A stretch of 64,000 bases of DNA from a virus, in IMG/VR virus record IMGVR_UViG_3300025128_000015, positions 125,595 through 189,594 of that record; one strand, written 5' to 3'. Positions within the stretch are counted from its first letter, which is position 1. Every line of letters starts with the position of its first letter. Below the pieces are notes generated by a model, which searched no databases, was not told the origin of the DNA, and saw nothing but the letters and a program-made list of their open reading frames with translations. A program made the translations under genes and the position numbers. Of the stretch, positions 16,943 through 26,287 are shown piece after piece.

Positions 16943-16994
16943 ATTAGTAACTATGATGCAAATGACTAATTACTGATATTAAGGCTAAAAATTT

Positions 16995-18302
16995 ATGAAA
17001 AGAATATATGTTCTCGATACGAATGTTCTATTAACAGATCATCAATCGATATATGGATACGGTAACAACGACATTATAATCCCTCTTAAGGTGCTTGAAG
17101 AAATTGATAAGCACAAAAAACGTCATGACGGCGTTGGTGCTAATGCCAGAGGCATCATAAGAACTCTAGACGGACTTAGGGCTAGTGGAAATCTGCACAA
17201 AGGTGTGAGGTTAAGAAAAAAACTTGGAATCGTTTCTGTAAAAGGGTTTGATTCGAATCATTTTCCACCAGATTTAGATAGAGAAGACTCAGATAATCAA
17301 ATTATATGTACTGCTCTAACTGAAAAGGCTGCGACCAAAAGAAAGGTTATTGTTGTTTCTAGAGATATCAATATGCGCGTCAAATGTGATTCGTTAGGAA
17401 TGTTGTGTGAAGATTATGCCTCTGAGAAGGTCGTACAAGACACTTCTAAGCTATATACCGGGTTTGCCCTTCACCTCGTCGATGATCAAGTTGTAGACCA
17501 ATTCTACGCTGGTGAAGACGTTTTTATAGATGAGGAAGAGATCAAACTGAGTACTCAACAATTTGTTATGCTTGTCTCTAATCAAAATGAGAAGAAAACT
17601 GCTCTTGCTAAATTTACGGATTATAATACTCCAGTTAGAAAAATTAACGACTACCAGAAAAATGGCATATGGGGATTACGTCCTAGAAATAAAGAACAGC
17701 AGTTCGCTTTAGATTTGCTGATGGATGAGAACATTAATATTGTTACAATTATCGGCAAAGCTGGATCTGGTAAATCTTTGATGGCCATTGCTTCTGGTTT
17801 GGAGCAAGTCGTAGAAACTGGTCGTTATAAAAAGATGGTTGTTTCTCGTCCAGTTGAGCCTATGGGGAAAGATATTGGATTTCTACCTGGAACAATGGAA
17901 GAGAAAATGAGGCCATGGTTGATGCCTATACAAGATAATCTAGAATTCCTGATGAATGGACAGCATGAAAACATGGAACATCTTTTTGAAGACAAGACAA
18001 TAGAAATTGAAGCTCTTACTTATATTAGGGGGCGATCTATATCAAAAGCTTTCATTATTATTGATGAAGCTCAGAATTTAACAACTCATGAACTTAAGAC
18101 TATTATTACAAGAGTTGGAGAAGGAAGTAAAGTTATCCTCACAGGTGATATCGAACAAATTGATAATGTCTATATCGACTCGACGTCAAATGGATTATCT
18201 TATGCAGTTGAAAAATTTAAGACATATGATATATCCGGACATGTAACGCTGCAAAAAGGTGAACGTTCCAAGATCGCTACACTGGCAGCTAAAATTTTGT
18301 GA
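16995..18302 (+). CDS. phoH: PIN-domain PhoH-family ATPase (PhoH2/YlaK type)
   Basis: N-terminal YVLDTNVLL…SRDINMRVK PIN; GKAGSGKS Walker A; GFLPG; YIRGRS; IIIDEAQNLT; LTGDIEQID. Confidence 0.92.
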   Translation: MKRIYVLDTNVLLTDHQSIYGYGNNDIIIPLKVLEEIDKHKKRHDGVGANARGIIRTLDGLRASGNLHKGVRLRKKLGIVSVKGFDSNHFPPDLDREDSDNQIICTALTEKAATKRKVIVVSRDINMRVKCDSLGMLCEDYASEKVVQDTSKLYTGFALHLVDDQVVDQFYAGEDVFIDEEEIKLSTQQFVMLVSNQNEKKTALAKFTDYNTPVRKINDYQKNGIWGLRPRNKEQQFALDLLMDENINIVTIIGKAGSGKSLMAIASGLEQVVETGRYKKMVVSRPVEPMGKDIGFLPGTMEEKMRPWLMPIQDNLEFLMNGQHENMEHLFEDKTIEIEALTYIRGRSISKAFIIIDEAQNLTTHELKTIITRVGEGSKVILTGDIEQIDNVYIDSTSNGLSYAVEKFKTYDISGHVTLQKGERSKIATLAAKIL

Positions 18303-18307
18303 TTAAC

Positions 18308-18335
18308 TTTACTTATTATTTGTTGTTATTATAAT
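18308..18335 (+). promoter_or_regulatory. Sigma70-like promoter
   Basis: TTTACT (18308-18313), 16-nt spacer, TATAAT (18330-18335); SD AAGGAG and ATG at 18353 follow. Confidence 0.6.
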
Positions 18336-18352
18336 ATATAAAAGGAGAAATT

Positions 18353-18670
18353 ATGAGCGTGGACGATAAAACTAACAACTCTTTATTACAAAAAAAAGTA
18401 AATATTTTGTATGGACAAGATGAAACAAATCCACTAAAAAAGATGATTGTCGAATATGTCGGCGGCAAACTTAAGCCTGAAAACGATGAGGTTACACTAG
18501 AGATGGTTGTAAACGAATTGGCTAATGAATTTGAAGAATTAGTATTACCTCTGGCTGAAGAAAATTGGATTCGTGGATATCACCAAGCCATGGAAGATGT
18601 GACAGAAGGGGAAAAGTTATATCAAGAGCAATTAGAGAAACATAATAACGATCAAGATGACAAGGAATAA
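18353..18670 (+). CDS. Hypothetical protein
   Basis: Strong SD; coupled to the next ORF. Confidence 0.6.
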   Translation: MSVDDKTNNSLLQKKVNILYGQDETNPLKKMIVEYVGGKLKPENDEVTLEMVVNELANEFEELVLPLAEENWIRGYHQAMEDVTEGEKLYQEQLEKHNNDQDDKE

Positions 18671-19355
18671 TTTAACTAGATTTATAAAAGACTCTCAAAG
18701 CGAAAGTGTGAGTAAGATAGGCGAGTATAATTTAACAAGAAGTGTTAACATATTCGTTTTAGAAGCATTACCAGAAAATATTGATATACAAAAGATAATG
18801 ACTTATCTAAGAACAAATGTTCCAGATTATTATTTAAATTTAATCGATGTTATATATGTTGGACAGATTCCAGAGTTCAAAGAAAGAAAAATCAATGCAA
18901 TGGTAAAAGATGGGGCTCTGTATATCACTAACGAACAAAGTAATGATCTAGATATGATAGACGATATTATTCATGAAGTCGCTCACTTGGTAGAAGAAAG
19001 ATTTACAGATAGTATATACGGTGACGACGAAATCGAAAATGAGTTTATCAGGAAAAGAACTGTTCTTCGAAGAGTTTTAAAGTATGAAAATTACGTCGTC
19101 GATGAGCACGATTTCGGAAAAATTGAATACGATCAAGAGTTTGATCTTTTCTTAAAAGACAAAGTAGGATACCAAAAATTAAGAATATTTGCACAGAATA
19201 TCTTCGCTTCGCCATATGCGGCCACATCACTACGTGAATACTTTGCAGATGGATTTGAAGATTTCTATTTAGGAAGAAAACTAAATCTAAACAAGATTAG
19301 TCCAGTATTATATAATAAATTGGAGGATTTAAACAATGAAATTCAAAATTACTGA
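18657..19355 (+). CDS. Zincin-like metallopeptidase (HExxH; lethal-factor-like C-terminal motif)
   Basis: IIHEVAHLVE and PYAATSLREYFADGF. Confidence 0.6.
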   Translation: MTRNNLTRFIKDSQSESVSKIGEYNLTRSVNIFVLEALPENIDIQKIMTYLRTNVPDYYLNLIDVIYVGQIPEFKERKINAMVKDGALYITNEQSNDLDMIDDIIHEVAHLVEERFTDSIYGDDEIENEFIRKRTVLRRVLKYENYVVDEHDFGKIEYDQEFDLFLKDKVGYQKLRIFAQNIFASPYAATSLREYFADGFEDFYLGRKLNLNKISPVLYNKLEDLNNEIQNY

Positions 19356-19719
19356 ACAAAAGAAAAATAACACAGTCACCTTAAATGTAAAATTAACTAA
19401 GAGTGAAATTAAAAGCGAGTCAACTGTAAACTATGGATGGCGCTCCGCAAAAGAAAAGTTAAAGCAAGAAGGGTATAATTTAGGAAAAATGCTTGAATAT
19501 ACCACCCTAATGAACAAGTTTGCTGTTTACGAAGGCGATTTTATTTTTGTCGTTGAACCTGTTTTGTCTGAAACAATCACATCTGAAATAAAGGTTGTAG
19601 TTCCACCAACATTAAAAGTTGACAAAAAAGAAACGGTTCCTACGTTAAAAGAGGAAGTTAAAAGTCCTCCTCGGCCAACGACAAAGAGCACAAGAAGGAC
19701 TTCTAGAAAAAAGAAGTAA
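19336..19719 (+). CDS. Hypothetical protein with basic low-complexity tail
   Basis: Coupled ORF. Confidence 0.55.
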   Translation: MKFKITEQKKNNTVTLNVKLTKSEIKSESTVNYGWRSAKEKLKQEGYNLGKMLEYTTLMNKFAVYEGDFIFVVEPVLSETITSEIKVVVPPTLKVDKKETVPTLKEEVKSPPRPTTKSTRRTSRKKK

Positions 19720-19722
19720 AAC

Positions 19723-20490
19723 ATGTCTCACATTTCATTTTCGGAAATTAAAAACTGGAACCAATGCGCCCACTATCATAAGTTAACTTATATTGATAAA
19801 CTCAAAGGTTTTGAAGGTAATCTATATACTGCTTTTGGTTCTGCTTTGCATACTGTTTGTGAGAAGATTATTATTAAAGATATCAAAGACAAAAAGTCTC
19901 TTTTTCAATTATCTTTTTCTAATGAAATCAACAACTTGCCAAAGACCATTCAAGAGAATATCAACACAAAAATGGTGTCTGATATGCGTCGACAAGGTGA
20001 TATGTTAGTTGATTTAATCTTGCCTCAACTAAAGAAGAACTTTGAAAAGTTTGAAGTTGTTTCTGTTGAGGAAAAGATTTACGAACCTATTGAAAACCAT
20101 GACCGTAAATTTAAAGGATTTATCGACTTAGTTATTAAAACTGAAGATGGTAAATATCACGTAATCGATTGGAAATCATGTTCTTGGGGTTGGGACATGA
20201 AAAGAAAGTCTGATCCAATGACTACATACCAGCTTACATTCTATAAGCATTATTTTGCTAAAAAGCATAATATCGACCCTAAAAAGATTGAAACTTACTT
20301 TGCCTTACTTAAAAGAACTGCAAAGAAAGACAACGTTGAAGTATACCGCGTAACCAGCGGAGATCGTAAAACTGAAAATGCGCTTAACTTATTGGACAAA
20401 GTGTTGTATAATATAAAGCGCAAGAACTACTTCAAAAACCGTCTTTCTTGCAAGAGGTGTGAATTCTATAAAACAGAATATTGCACTTAA
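19723..20490 (+). CDS. PD-(D/E)xK exonuclease (RecB/Cas4-like, Fe-S staple)
   Basis: SFSEIKNWNQC, GSALH, GFIDLV…VIDWKS, QLTFY, CKRC…C. Confidence 0.85.
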   Translation: MSHISFSEIKNWNQCAHYHKLTYIDKLKGFEGNLYTAFGSALHTVCEKIIIKDIKDKKSLFQLSFSNEINNLPKTIQENINTKMVSDMRRQGDMLVDLILPQLKKNFEKFEVVSVEEKIYEPIENHDRKFKGFIDLVIKTEDGKYHVIDWKSCSWGWDMKRKSDPMTTYQLTFYKHYFAKKHNIDPKKIETYFALLKRTAKKDNVEVYRVTSGDRKTENALNLLDKVLYNIKRKNYFKNRLSCKRCEFYKTEYCT

Positions 20491-20508
20491 TCTTTTAAGG
20501 AGAAAAAG

Positions 20509-21777
20509 TTGGATAAGAAAATTAAGGTATTGGTCTTGAGTGATCACCCGCTAAGTCCATCCGGAGTTGGCACTCAAACAAAATACATGATTGAAAGCCT
20601 GTTAAAGACAGGTAAATTTAGTTTTTACTGTATCGCTGGTGCGATGAAACATCATGACTACAGTATAACAAAAGTTGATGGATATGGTGATGATTGGGTT
20701 ATTATGCCTGTTGATGGATATGGGACACCAGATCATATGCGCACGCTTTTAAGAAATGAAAAACCAGATATTGTTTGGTTTATGACTGACCCAAGATTTT
20801 GGGGTTGGCTCTGGGAAATGGAAGATGAAATCCGTCCAGTAGCTCCTATGGTCTATTATCATGTTTGGGACAACTATCCTTATCCAACTTTTAATAAGCC
20901 AAACTATTCTTCAAATGATGTTATTGCTTGTATTTCAAAAGTTACTCATGACATTGTACAAAATGTTGCACCGAATGTCGAAAGCCACTATCTTCCACAT
21001 TCAGTAAATACTGACATCTTTAGTAAAATTGAAGAAGATACAGTTAAACAATTTAGAGACAGCCACTTTCCAAGTAACGATGATAAATTTTTGGTTTTTT
21101 GGAATAATAGAAACGCTCGCCGTAAACAAAGTGGATCATTAATTTATTGGTTTAAGGCTTTCTTAGATAAAGTTGGCCATGATAAAGCACAATTATTGAT
21201 GCATACTGATGTAAAAGATCCTCATGGACAAGATCTAGAGGCAATCGTGCACAGTTTAGGGTTGATTAATGGCGAGGTATTATTCTCACAAGCCAAGATT
21301 CCATCAACACATATGGCTATTTTATATAATATGGCTGATTGTACAATCAATGTATCGGATGCTGAAGGCTTTGGTTTATCGACTTTTGAGTCTTTAGCAT
21401 GTGAAACACCTATTATTGTTAATATGACTGGAGGGCTGCAAGAACAAGTTACAGATGGTAAAAACTGGTTTGGTGTTGGTATTGAACCTTCTTCGAAAGC
21501 CATCATCGGATCGCAGGAAATACCATGGATCTATGAAGACAGAGTATCAGAAGAATCTGTAGTTGATGCTTTGACAAAATTATATAACATGTCTAAAGAA
21601 GAACGGAATGAGCTAGGTAAAGCCGGCCGTGAACACGTCATGAATAACTATAACTTTGAACAATACACCAAAAGGTGGGAAGAATTACTGCTGGGAGTAC
21701 ATGAACGTTATGGCTCTTGGGAAAATAGGAAGGGATATAAATCCTGGGAATTAATTGAAATTGGAGTAGCAGCATAA
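20509..21777 (+). CDS. GT-B glycosyltransferase (GT4-like)
   Basis: SGVGTQT, NRNARRKQ, SDAEGFGLSTFESLACETP; TTG start with SD AAGGAG. Confidence 0.85.
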   Translation: MDKKIKVLVLSDHPLSPSGVGTQTKYMIESLLKTGKFSFYCIAGAMKHHDYSITKVDGYGDDWVIMPVDGYGTPDHMRTLLRNEKPDIVWFMTDPRFWGWLWEMEDEIRPVAPMVYYHVWDNYPYPTFNKPNYSSNDVIACISKVTHDIVQNVAPNVESHYLPHSVNTDIFSKIEEDTVKQFRDSHFPSNDDKFLVFWNNRNARRKQSGSLIYWFKAFLDKVGHDKAQLLMHTDVKDPHGQDLEAIVHSLGLINGEVLFSQAKIPSTHMAILYNMADCTINVSDAEGFGLSTFESLACETPIIVNMTGGLQEQVTDGKNWFGVGIEPSSKAIIGSQEIPWIYEDRVSEESVVDALTKLYNMSKEERNELGKAGREHVMNNYNFEQYTKRWEELLLGVHERYGSWENRKGYKSWELIEIGVAA

Positions 21778-23873
21778 TGAAAAAGAAAATATTAATTAGA
21801 GGACCAGTTTTAACACAATCAGGATATGGAGAACATTGTAGATTTCTTTTAAGATCTCTTCGTAAATATGAAGATATATTTGATTTATATCTTATCGCTG
21901 TAAACTGGGGAAGGACAAATTGGCAATTTGAACAGACTGAAGAAAGAGTATGGTTTGACAAGTTAATCAAAAAAACTCACGAACATATCCATAATAAGAA
22001 AGGTCCTGTTGATATATCCATTCAAGTAACAATTCCGAATGAGTGGGAGAAATTAGCTCCCGTCAATATTGGTGTAACTGCCGGTATCGAAACTGACAGA
22101 ATCAGTAAAAACTGGATTCAAAAGTCTCAAATCATGGATAAGATTATTGTGGTATCAGAACACGCAAAAAAAGGTTTTACTAATACAAAATATGATGTTG
22201 TCGATGCAAATACAGGACAAGAAGTTAAAGGCTGGAAATGTCTGGTACCGGTTGATGTCGTACATTATCCGGTTAAAAGTTTGGAGAAAACAGATCTAGA
22301 TCTTAATCTAAAACACAAGTTTAACTTTTTGACAGTTGCGCAATGGGGTCCAAGAAAGAATCTTAAAAACACAATTAAGTGGTTTATGGACGAATTCAGA
22401 AATGATAAGGTTGGACTGGTTGTAAAAACAAACTTAGCTAAAAATTGTGTATTAGATCGACTTGCTATGACAAACAAAATAAAAAGCATAGTAAGCAAAT
22501 TCCCAGATGCAAAATGTTCAGTGCATTTATTACATGGTTATATGTCAGAAAAGGAGATGAATGGGCTTTATACTCACCCAAAAATTAAGGCTTTGGTTTC
22601 CCTAACTCATGGTGAAGGTTTCGGACTTCCCTTATTTGAGGCTGCATATAATGGACTTCCGGTAATTGCTACTAACTGGAGTGGGCATTTAGACTTTTTA
22701 CATATGCCTACAACAAGTAAGAAAGGCAAAACTAAAGTTAAACCAATGTTTTCTAGAATTGCATATGAATTAAAAGAAATTAAAAAGCCGGCAGTCTGGC
22801 CAGGAGTTATTGACACTGATGCCATGTGGGCTTTTGCTGAGAAAGGATCTTATAAAATGAGGCTTCGAGATGCTTTTAAAGATATTGGAAGGCATAAATC
22901 TGAAGCAAAGAAATTGCAGAAGCATATTATAGAAAATTTCACTGAAGAAAAGCAAAACTTAGACTTTGCAACAAAGATTTTAGGAGATGGTGTTACTAAA
23001 GCCGAGAACGCTAAATACGTATTCGTAAGTGATTTCTTTGCAAACCAGCTTCAAGGAGGGGCAGAATTAAGCCTGCAAACTCTAATCGATAAAGCTGCAG
23101 AGGAGAGTATTCAAATTAATTCGTCAGATTTAACAGTAGAATACGTTGAAAGAAACAAAGATAAGACTTGGATTTTTGGTAACTTTACGCAAGTTTCTAA
23201 AGATGCAATTCAGAAGATAGTTAAAGAAAAAATCAATTATAATATAGTTGAATTTGATTATAAATTCTGCAAATATAGAAACTTAGAGTTACATGAAACA
23301 CTAGAAGGAGAGCCGTGTAATTGTGCAAGCGAAGAGCATGGACAAGAAATTGGTAAGTTCCTTTCCAGTGCACAAAATGTTTTCTTTATGTCTTCAGTCC
23401 AGATGGACGCACACTTAAAAAATATTAAGTCTCTTAAAAAATCTAGATGTATTGTGTTGTCATCAATTTTTGATGATAAGTTCTTTGACACAATTAAACG
23501 ATTAAGAGAAGTATACAACAAAAAAGAAGATAAGTGGGTTGTGTCATCGTCACCATCATGGGTTAAGGGCTCTAAAGAAGCAGAACAATGGTGTGTCGAA
23601 AATAACAAAGATTATAATAAGATGCATGGATTATCTTACAAGGACGCATTAGTGACTTTGGCCAAATCAAAAGGATTATGTTTCTTGCCAACCGGAGGAG
23701 ATACTTGCCCTAGATTGGTTATTGAAGCTAAATTATTGAACTGTGAGCTTGAGCTAAACGATAATGTGCAGCATGTTACAGAAGATTGGTTTAGCACAGA
23801 TGATTTACAAGTAACAGAAGAGTATTTGAAAGGACGCCCAGAAGTATTCTGGAAAAAGGTGAGTGGTGTCTGA
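21777..23873 (+). CDS. Two-domain glycosyltransferase (GT4-like + second GT-like domain)
   Basis: SGYGEH, PRKN, THGEGFGLPLFEAAYNGLPVIATNWSGHLDF; second module with GGAE…DTCPRLVIEAKLL. Confidence 0.8.
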   Translation: MKKKILIRGPVLTQSGYGEHCRFLLRSLRKYEDIFDLYLIAVNWGRTNWQFEQTEERVWFDKLIKKTHEHIHNKKGPVDISIQVTIPNEWEKLAPVNIGVTAGIETDRISKNWIQKSQIMDKIIVVSEHAKKGFTNTKYDVVDANTGQEVKGWKCLVPVDVVHYPVKSLEKTDLDLNLKHKFNFLTVAQWGPRKNLKNTIKWFMDEFRNDKVGLVVKTNLAKNCVLDRLAMTNKIKSIVSKFPDAKCSVHLLHGYMSEKEMNGLYTHPKIKALVSLTHGEGFGLPLFEAAYNGLPVIATNWSGHLDFLHMPTTSKKGKTKVKPMFSRIAYELKEIKKPAVWPGVIDTDAMWAFAEKGSYKMRLRDAFKDIGRHKSEAKKLQKHIIENFTEEKQNLDFATKILGDGVTKAENAKYVFVSDFFANQLQGGAELSLQTLIDKAAEESIQINSSDLTVEYVERNKDKTWIFGNFTQVSKDAIQKIVKEKINYNIVEFDYKFCKYRNLELHETLEGEPCNCASEEHGQEIGKFLSSAQNVFFMSSVQMDAHLKNIKSLKKSRCIVLSSIFDDKFFDTIKRLREVYNKKEDKWVVSSSPSWVKGSKEAEQWCVENNKDYNKMHGLSYKDALVTLAKSKGLCFLPTGGDTCPRLVIEAKLLNCELELNDNVQHVTEDWFSTDDLQVTEEYLKGRPEVFWKKVSGV

Positions 23874-24588
23874 TATTATTCAAACAATGTGGGTCGGTAA
23901 TAAACTCTCTACAATGGAAAGGCTAAGCCTTAGTTCTTTTGTTAAGAATGGGCACGATGTACATTTATATACATATTCTGATGTAGAGGGAGTTCCCGAA
24001 GGTGTAGAAATAAAAGATGGAAATACCATCTTGCCTGAAGACATGATTTTTATGTATAAGGATCATAAGAGCTATTCAGCTTTCTCAAATTATTTTAGGT
24101 ATAAATTGTTGTCTGAAAAAGGTGGATACTGGGTTGATACCGATGTTATTTGTTTAAAGAAATTTGATTTCAAAGCACCTTTTGTATTTTGTTCCGAAGA
24201 GGTTCTTCCTCTTAATCAGGGGAACACTCATATTGGCTCATGTATTATTAAGATGCCGGCTGGCAATCCAATTGCCTTAGATGCATTTGAGACTTGCATG
24301 GAGAAAAAAAGAGAAATGCTAGTTTGGGGAGAAATTGGACCTCGACTAGTAAAACAAATGGTAGAGAAATACAGTATGAATTTCTTTGTGAAACCACCAG
24401 AAACATTTTGTCCCATTCCGGGGTGCATGTGGAATCTTGTTTTAAATCCCGAACAGGAGATTAATTTTGGTGAAGAGACTTACGCAATCCATCTTTGGAA
24501 TGAAATGTGGCGCCGTAGTAATGCAGATAAAAATGCAAAATACCCAGAGCGCTCGTACTATGAGAAGTTGAAAGCAAGGTATTTGTAA
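23863..24588 (+). CDS. DxD glycosyltransferase (GT32-like)
   Basis: IIQTMWVG, FSNYFRYKLL, GGYWVDTDVICLK, WGEIGPRL, IHLWNEMW. Confidence 0.82.
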   Translation: MVSDIIQTMWVGNKLSTMERLSLSSFVKNGHDVHLYTYSDVEGVPEGVEIKDGNTILPEDMIFMYKDHKSYSAFSNYFRYKLLSEKGGYWVDTDVICLKKFDFKAPFVFCSEEVLPLNQGNTHIGSCIIKMPAGNPIALDAFETCMEKKREMLVWGEIGPRLVKQMVEKYSMNFFVKPPETFCPIPGCMWNLVLNPEQEINFGEETYAIHLWNEMWRRSNADKNAKYPERSYYEKLKARYL

Positions 24589-25577
24589 TGCTCAATATAT
24601 TGTATTTGTGTGATAAGAATACATACGACACAAAGATGTCTAGGGTTCGATTTCACGGTATGCGAGCCGTAGGGAAAAGAAAAGACGTTAATCTAGTCTG
24701 GTCCGGACCTGGCTGGAAAGGCTTTAATAAAAATAAGTCAGCCAGTAAAAACATTGACAATCTCTATAAAGGTAAAAAACCAGATTTAGTCGTAGCATAT
24801 AAACCCTTGAATTTAATTAAGTTTCGAGATTTAGATATTCCAAAATGTCTTCGCTACAATGAGATGTATGATGTTGATTGGACTAATAAAGAAATACTTG
24901 ATAGTCGATCAAATTTGATTATATGTCATCATGAAAACGATATGAACTATTATAAGAAATCTTATTTTATGAAAAGAATTGATCATAATCTAAGATTTTA
25001 TAACATTCCCCATGCGGCCGAACAGGTTATTTACAGAGATTATGGCATGCCAAAGAAATATGATATTCTTCTTGCTGGTGCTGTTTTCACCAAATCATTA
25101 TTGGGAGATCATTATCCTTTGCGAATCCGGTTGGCTAGAGATATTCTTCCTAAGTTGTCTAAGAATTATAAATGTAATATACTAAAACATCCAGGCGGAA
25201 ACTTGTACAATGCAGCTTCAGATCAGAATAGTTTCTTTTATGCACAGCAACTGAGTTCAGCTAAAATCTGTATTACATGTAGTGGCCAGCCTAGATCTAG
25301 ATTTGGAAAATATATTGAAATTCCGATGTGCGGAACTGCTCTCGCAGCAGATATGCCAGGAGAACAGCAAGATCAATTTAAAGAGTTTATGATTGAGATT
25401 AACATGTCTATGACAGACGAAGAAATAATTAATAAACTTTCTTATTATCTAGATAACGAAGAAGAACTAAATAAGATTACAAATAAAGGCATGGAATATG
25501 CCAAGAATCATACGCAAGAGAAGTATGCAGAAAGCTTTGTTAATATTGTAAAAGAGTTTTTAGAGGAGACCAAATGA
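24588..25577 (+). CDS. Glycosyltransferase-like protein (GT-B, CgeB/Glyco_trans_1_2-like)
   Basis: YPLR…, YAQQLSSAKICIT, KYIEIPMCGTAL, YYLDNEEE…ITNKG. Confidence 0.65.
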   Translation: MLNILYLCDKNTYDTKMSRVRFHGMRAVGKRKDVNLVWSGPGWKGFNKNKSASKNIDNLYKGKKPDLVVAYKPLNLIKFRDLDIPKCLRYNEMYDVDWTNKEILDSRSNLIICHHENDMNYYKKSYFMKRIDHNLRFYNIPHAAEQVIYRDYGMPKKYDILLAGAVFTKSLLGDHYPLRIRLARDILPKLSKNYKCNILKHPGGNLYNAASDQNSFFYAQQLSSAKICITCSGQPRSRFGKYIEIPMCGTALAADMPGEQQDQFKEFMIEINMSMTDEEIINKLSYYLDNEEELNKITNKGMEYAKNHTQEKYAESFVNIVKEFLEETK

Positions 25578-26275
25578 TTGTTATAAGCTCTACAGGAGGA
25601 TCAGGATCTAGCTTCGTCGCAGATCAATTTAAGAATTCACAATGGACAGTTTGTCTACGACCGGATGGAGGAAAACAAAAAGCAACTCATACTCCATCTC
25701 AAATTTTTCATGAAAGAATGGATCATCTTATTGGAGGTAATGCTATCTATGAGAAATCTACTCAAAAAGAAATGTTTGAAACAGCTTATGCTGGTTTAAA
25801 AAAACTAGATCATTCTAAATTGATGCTTTTGTGTATGTCGTGGGGTGGCATGGGCTTCCTTAACGAGATAGAAGAAAAGACGATCTTCCTTATTAGAGAT
25901 CCAGTATTTGCTTTTAACTCATATTCAGGCGGAGGCTGGCGCCTTGAGGGTGGACAACGAAGAATAAAGTATGTTGGCGCAACTGGTCCAAATGATAAAA
26001 AATGGATTGATGCATGGATGGGAGACTTTTCACATTGGATTGATGGTGCGAAATATGCTTTGAAGGCACAAAAAGAAGGCAAAGGATATATTGTTAGATA
26101 TCATAACTTTAGAGAGGATTGGGCTAAGATTCCGGACGTTCCGCCAATTCATTTAAACTTTAATTCTAAAGATGCTTTTGCAAAAATTCAAGATAAAGGT
26201 TATTTACAAATTGAAACCATTGCCTATATTAAGAGTAAAACAAGAGATGTGTGGGATGAAATTAAAGCACTCTAA
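25574..26275 (+). CDS. Sulfotransferase-like protein
   Basis: STGGSGSSFV (5'-PSB-like) and LIRDPVFAFNSY (3'-PB-like). Confidence 0.55.
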   Translation: MIVISSTGGSGSSFVADQFKNSQWTVCLRPDGGKQKATHTPSQIFHERMDHLIGGNAIYEKSTQKEMFETAYAGLKKLDHSKLMLLCMSWGGMGFLNEIEEKTIFLIRDPVFAFNSYSGGGWRLEGGQRRIKYVGATGPNDKKWIDAWMGDFSHWIDGAKYALKAQKEGKGYIVRYHNFREDWAKIPDVPPIHLNFNSKDAFAKIQDKGYLQIETIAYIKSKTRDVWDEIKAL

Positions 26276-26287
26276 GAGATCAACAAC

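Noticed and set aside
19723-20490. Cas4-like nuclease as evidence of a CRISPR-Cas system
   Set aside because: No cas1/cas2 and no array in the window; solo PD-(D/E)xK exonucleases are routine in phages.
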